NCBI GenBank assembly: GCA_038257035.1
Contig: JBBSJT010000006.1
Location: forward strand, 1 to 39,986
Direction of reading: 5' to 3'
Length of the DNA: 39,986 bases
Origin: Chlamydiia bacterium
Lineage (GTDB): Bacteria > Chlamydiota > Chlamydiia > Chlamydiales > Parachlamydiaceae
A model generated the notes under the pieces. That model was not told the origin of the DNA, ran no database searches, and saw only the letters and a program-made list of their open reading frames with translations. This document shows, piece by piece, positions 38,740 to 39,986 of the stretch. Position 1 is the first letter of the stretch. Every line of letters begins with the position of its first letter. Position numbers and translations under genes: made by a program.

Positions 38740-39615
38740 TCAGTAAATCGGTCTAACGAGTTGTTTTTTATTTTTTAAAATAAATGCCTCACAAGTGACC
38801 ATGGCAAAAAAAATGTTCCAGACGCAATAAGCGAGCATTAAAAAGAGGGGTTGTTTTTTCTGAGCAAACCCTTCGTTTTCTTCCAAAATTTTAAACTTTT
38901 CAATTCTTACTAAATGAAATCTAAATTCACCTTTGACTCTTTGCTTGTGAAAAATGTCGGGATCAGTCGATGGCTTTTCCTTAGTGTAGTAGTCAATGAG
39001 GTAGTGATGCCAGGCTTTCAACAGTTGGCTTTGCTGCTCTAAAACGGGAAATTCACCGATCGTTGTATTTAGATACTTCATGGCGAGCCAATCTTCTTCA
39101 GGGTAAAGCATTGCCTCCTCGCTTATTTTTGGAGCTTCTAGGGTTTGATTATTACAAAGGTAAGCTAAAGCAATAAGTGGTAAAATCCAGACCGCTTGCT
39201 TTGCACCCTCCACTTTTTTTAAAAGCATAATGGGGATGACGATGGCAAATAAGATCCACGCTCGCTCAAAAGCTGACATTTTTATCAAAATTAGATTTAA
39301 TGATTGTTCAACTTTTTTAAAAAATGAAGAAGAAGCTTCTTTGTTCAATTCCTCATACCCAGCTATTAGTCTATCTTTTTGATATTCATCGAGCTCATTG
39401 AAATGGGCTTTTGAGGTCGGATCTGTTTTTCCCAGTACATAATCATAAAGTAAAATTTTTGATTTGATGTCGAAGTGATGAGTTAAGAAAGGGCTGCCGG
39501 CTGCAAAAAGAAAAGCAGTGAAGGCAAGGCATAATTGAATGATCGATAGAATGCGAGGAAATTTCGGGATAAATGTGCCTTCCGGAAAATTTTTTTTTAT
39601 TCTTTTCTTAAACAT
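38740..39615 (-). CDS. hypothetical membrane protein
   Basis: 291-aa ORF with about 4 TM segments. Confidence 0.78.
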   Translation of the reverse strand: MFKKRIKKNFPEGTFIPKFPRILSIIQLCLAFTAFLFAAGSPFLTHHFDIKSKILLYDYVLGKTDPTSKAHFNELDEYQKDRLIAGYEELNKEASSSFFKKVEQSLNLILIKMSAFERAWILFAIVIPIMLLKKVEGAKQAVWILPLIALAYLCNNQTLEAPKISEEAMLYPEEDWLAMKYLNTTIGEFPVLEQQSQLLKAWHHYLIDYYTKEKPSTDPDIFHKQRVKGEFRFHLVRIEKFKILEENEGFAQKKQPLFLMLAYCVWNIFFAMVTCEAFILKNKKQLVRPIY

Positions 39616-39811
39616 GAGATGTGCCTTCTGGTTTACTTCTGGGGTGTGTTTGGTAAAATTAATCTTATAAGTTTTAGCTTTTAAGTGCGGTATAATAAGT
39701 AAGTTAACACTAATATATGCTATTTTTCAAATTTTTTTTTCGTAAAATTTTGATTCCAAACAAAAATATAAAAAAAATAAGCCCTTTTTGCAGTATTGTG
39801 AACACGATTTT

Positions 39812-39862
39812 GAAAAATAAAAAAAAATAGTGTTGCAATAAAGACGTTTAATTATGTATTGT
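39812..39862 (+). promoter_or_regulatory. putative strong sigma70/sigma66 promoter with A-tract UP element
   Basis: A-rich tract, TTGCAA (39833)-N18-TATTGT (39857), pointing out of the window. Confidence 0.4.
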
Positions 39863-39986
39863 AGTCATTTCAATCGCAAATTGCAGCGTGAAAGCAAAGC
39901 AAGACGAAAGAAATAAAACACCTAGAGTGTTTAAGTTATTTGACAGCAAAAGAGAGACAATGTGCAAGTAAGAAGTTAACATGCAA

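Overview
AT-rich chromosomal window from a member of the phylum Chlamydiae, most likely an environmental, Parachlamydiales-like lineage. The evidence is a histone H1-like Hc1 gene, the chlamydial gene orders hctA-rlmD-(tgt)-yajC, dnaB-mnmG-lplA and lpxK-gltT-kdsD, and the presence of icd and gmhA, which Chlamydiaceae generally lack. Core genes: a REC-PP2C/STAS/anti-sigma partner-switching operon followed by TPR genes, znuACB, tRNA-Ser(GCT), kdsD, icd, gltT, lpxK, gmhA, a TPR-exbB-exbD cluster, hctA, rlmD, tgt, yajC, lplA, mnmG, dnaB and nhaD. A 29-aa AURKAIP1/COX24 (bS22-like) gene is missing from the ORF track. Accessory content: a CE-clan (Ulp1/deubiquitinase-like) protease; a collagen-like gene bracketed by intact yajC and a diverged, frameshifted yajC copy that starts exactly at a GTAG-type REP element; and a cluster of candidate host-directed genes (RasGEF-like protein with an adjacent SycD/LcrH-like chaperone, F-box protein, YD/alpha-beta-hydrolase protein). 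The most distinctive non-coding signal is a set of intergenic palindromic elements. Each has a T-tract followed by purine-rich units of about 9 nt, mirrored across a variable spacer, and they occur in several unrelated sequence flavours (CGCGAAG, CAGTGAG, AAAGGAC, plus orphan arms). All protein assignments are from motif recognition by eye, with no database search.
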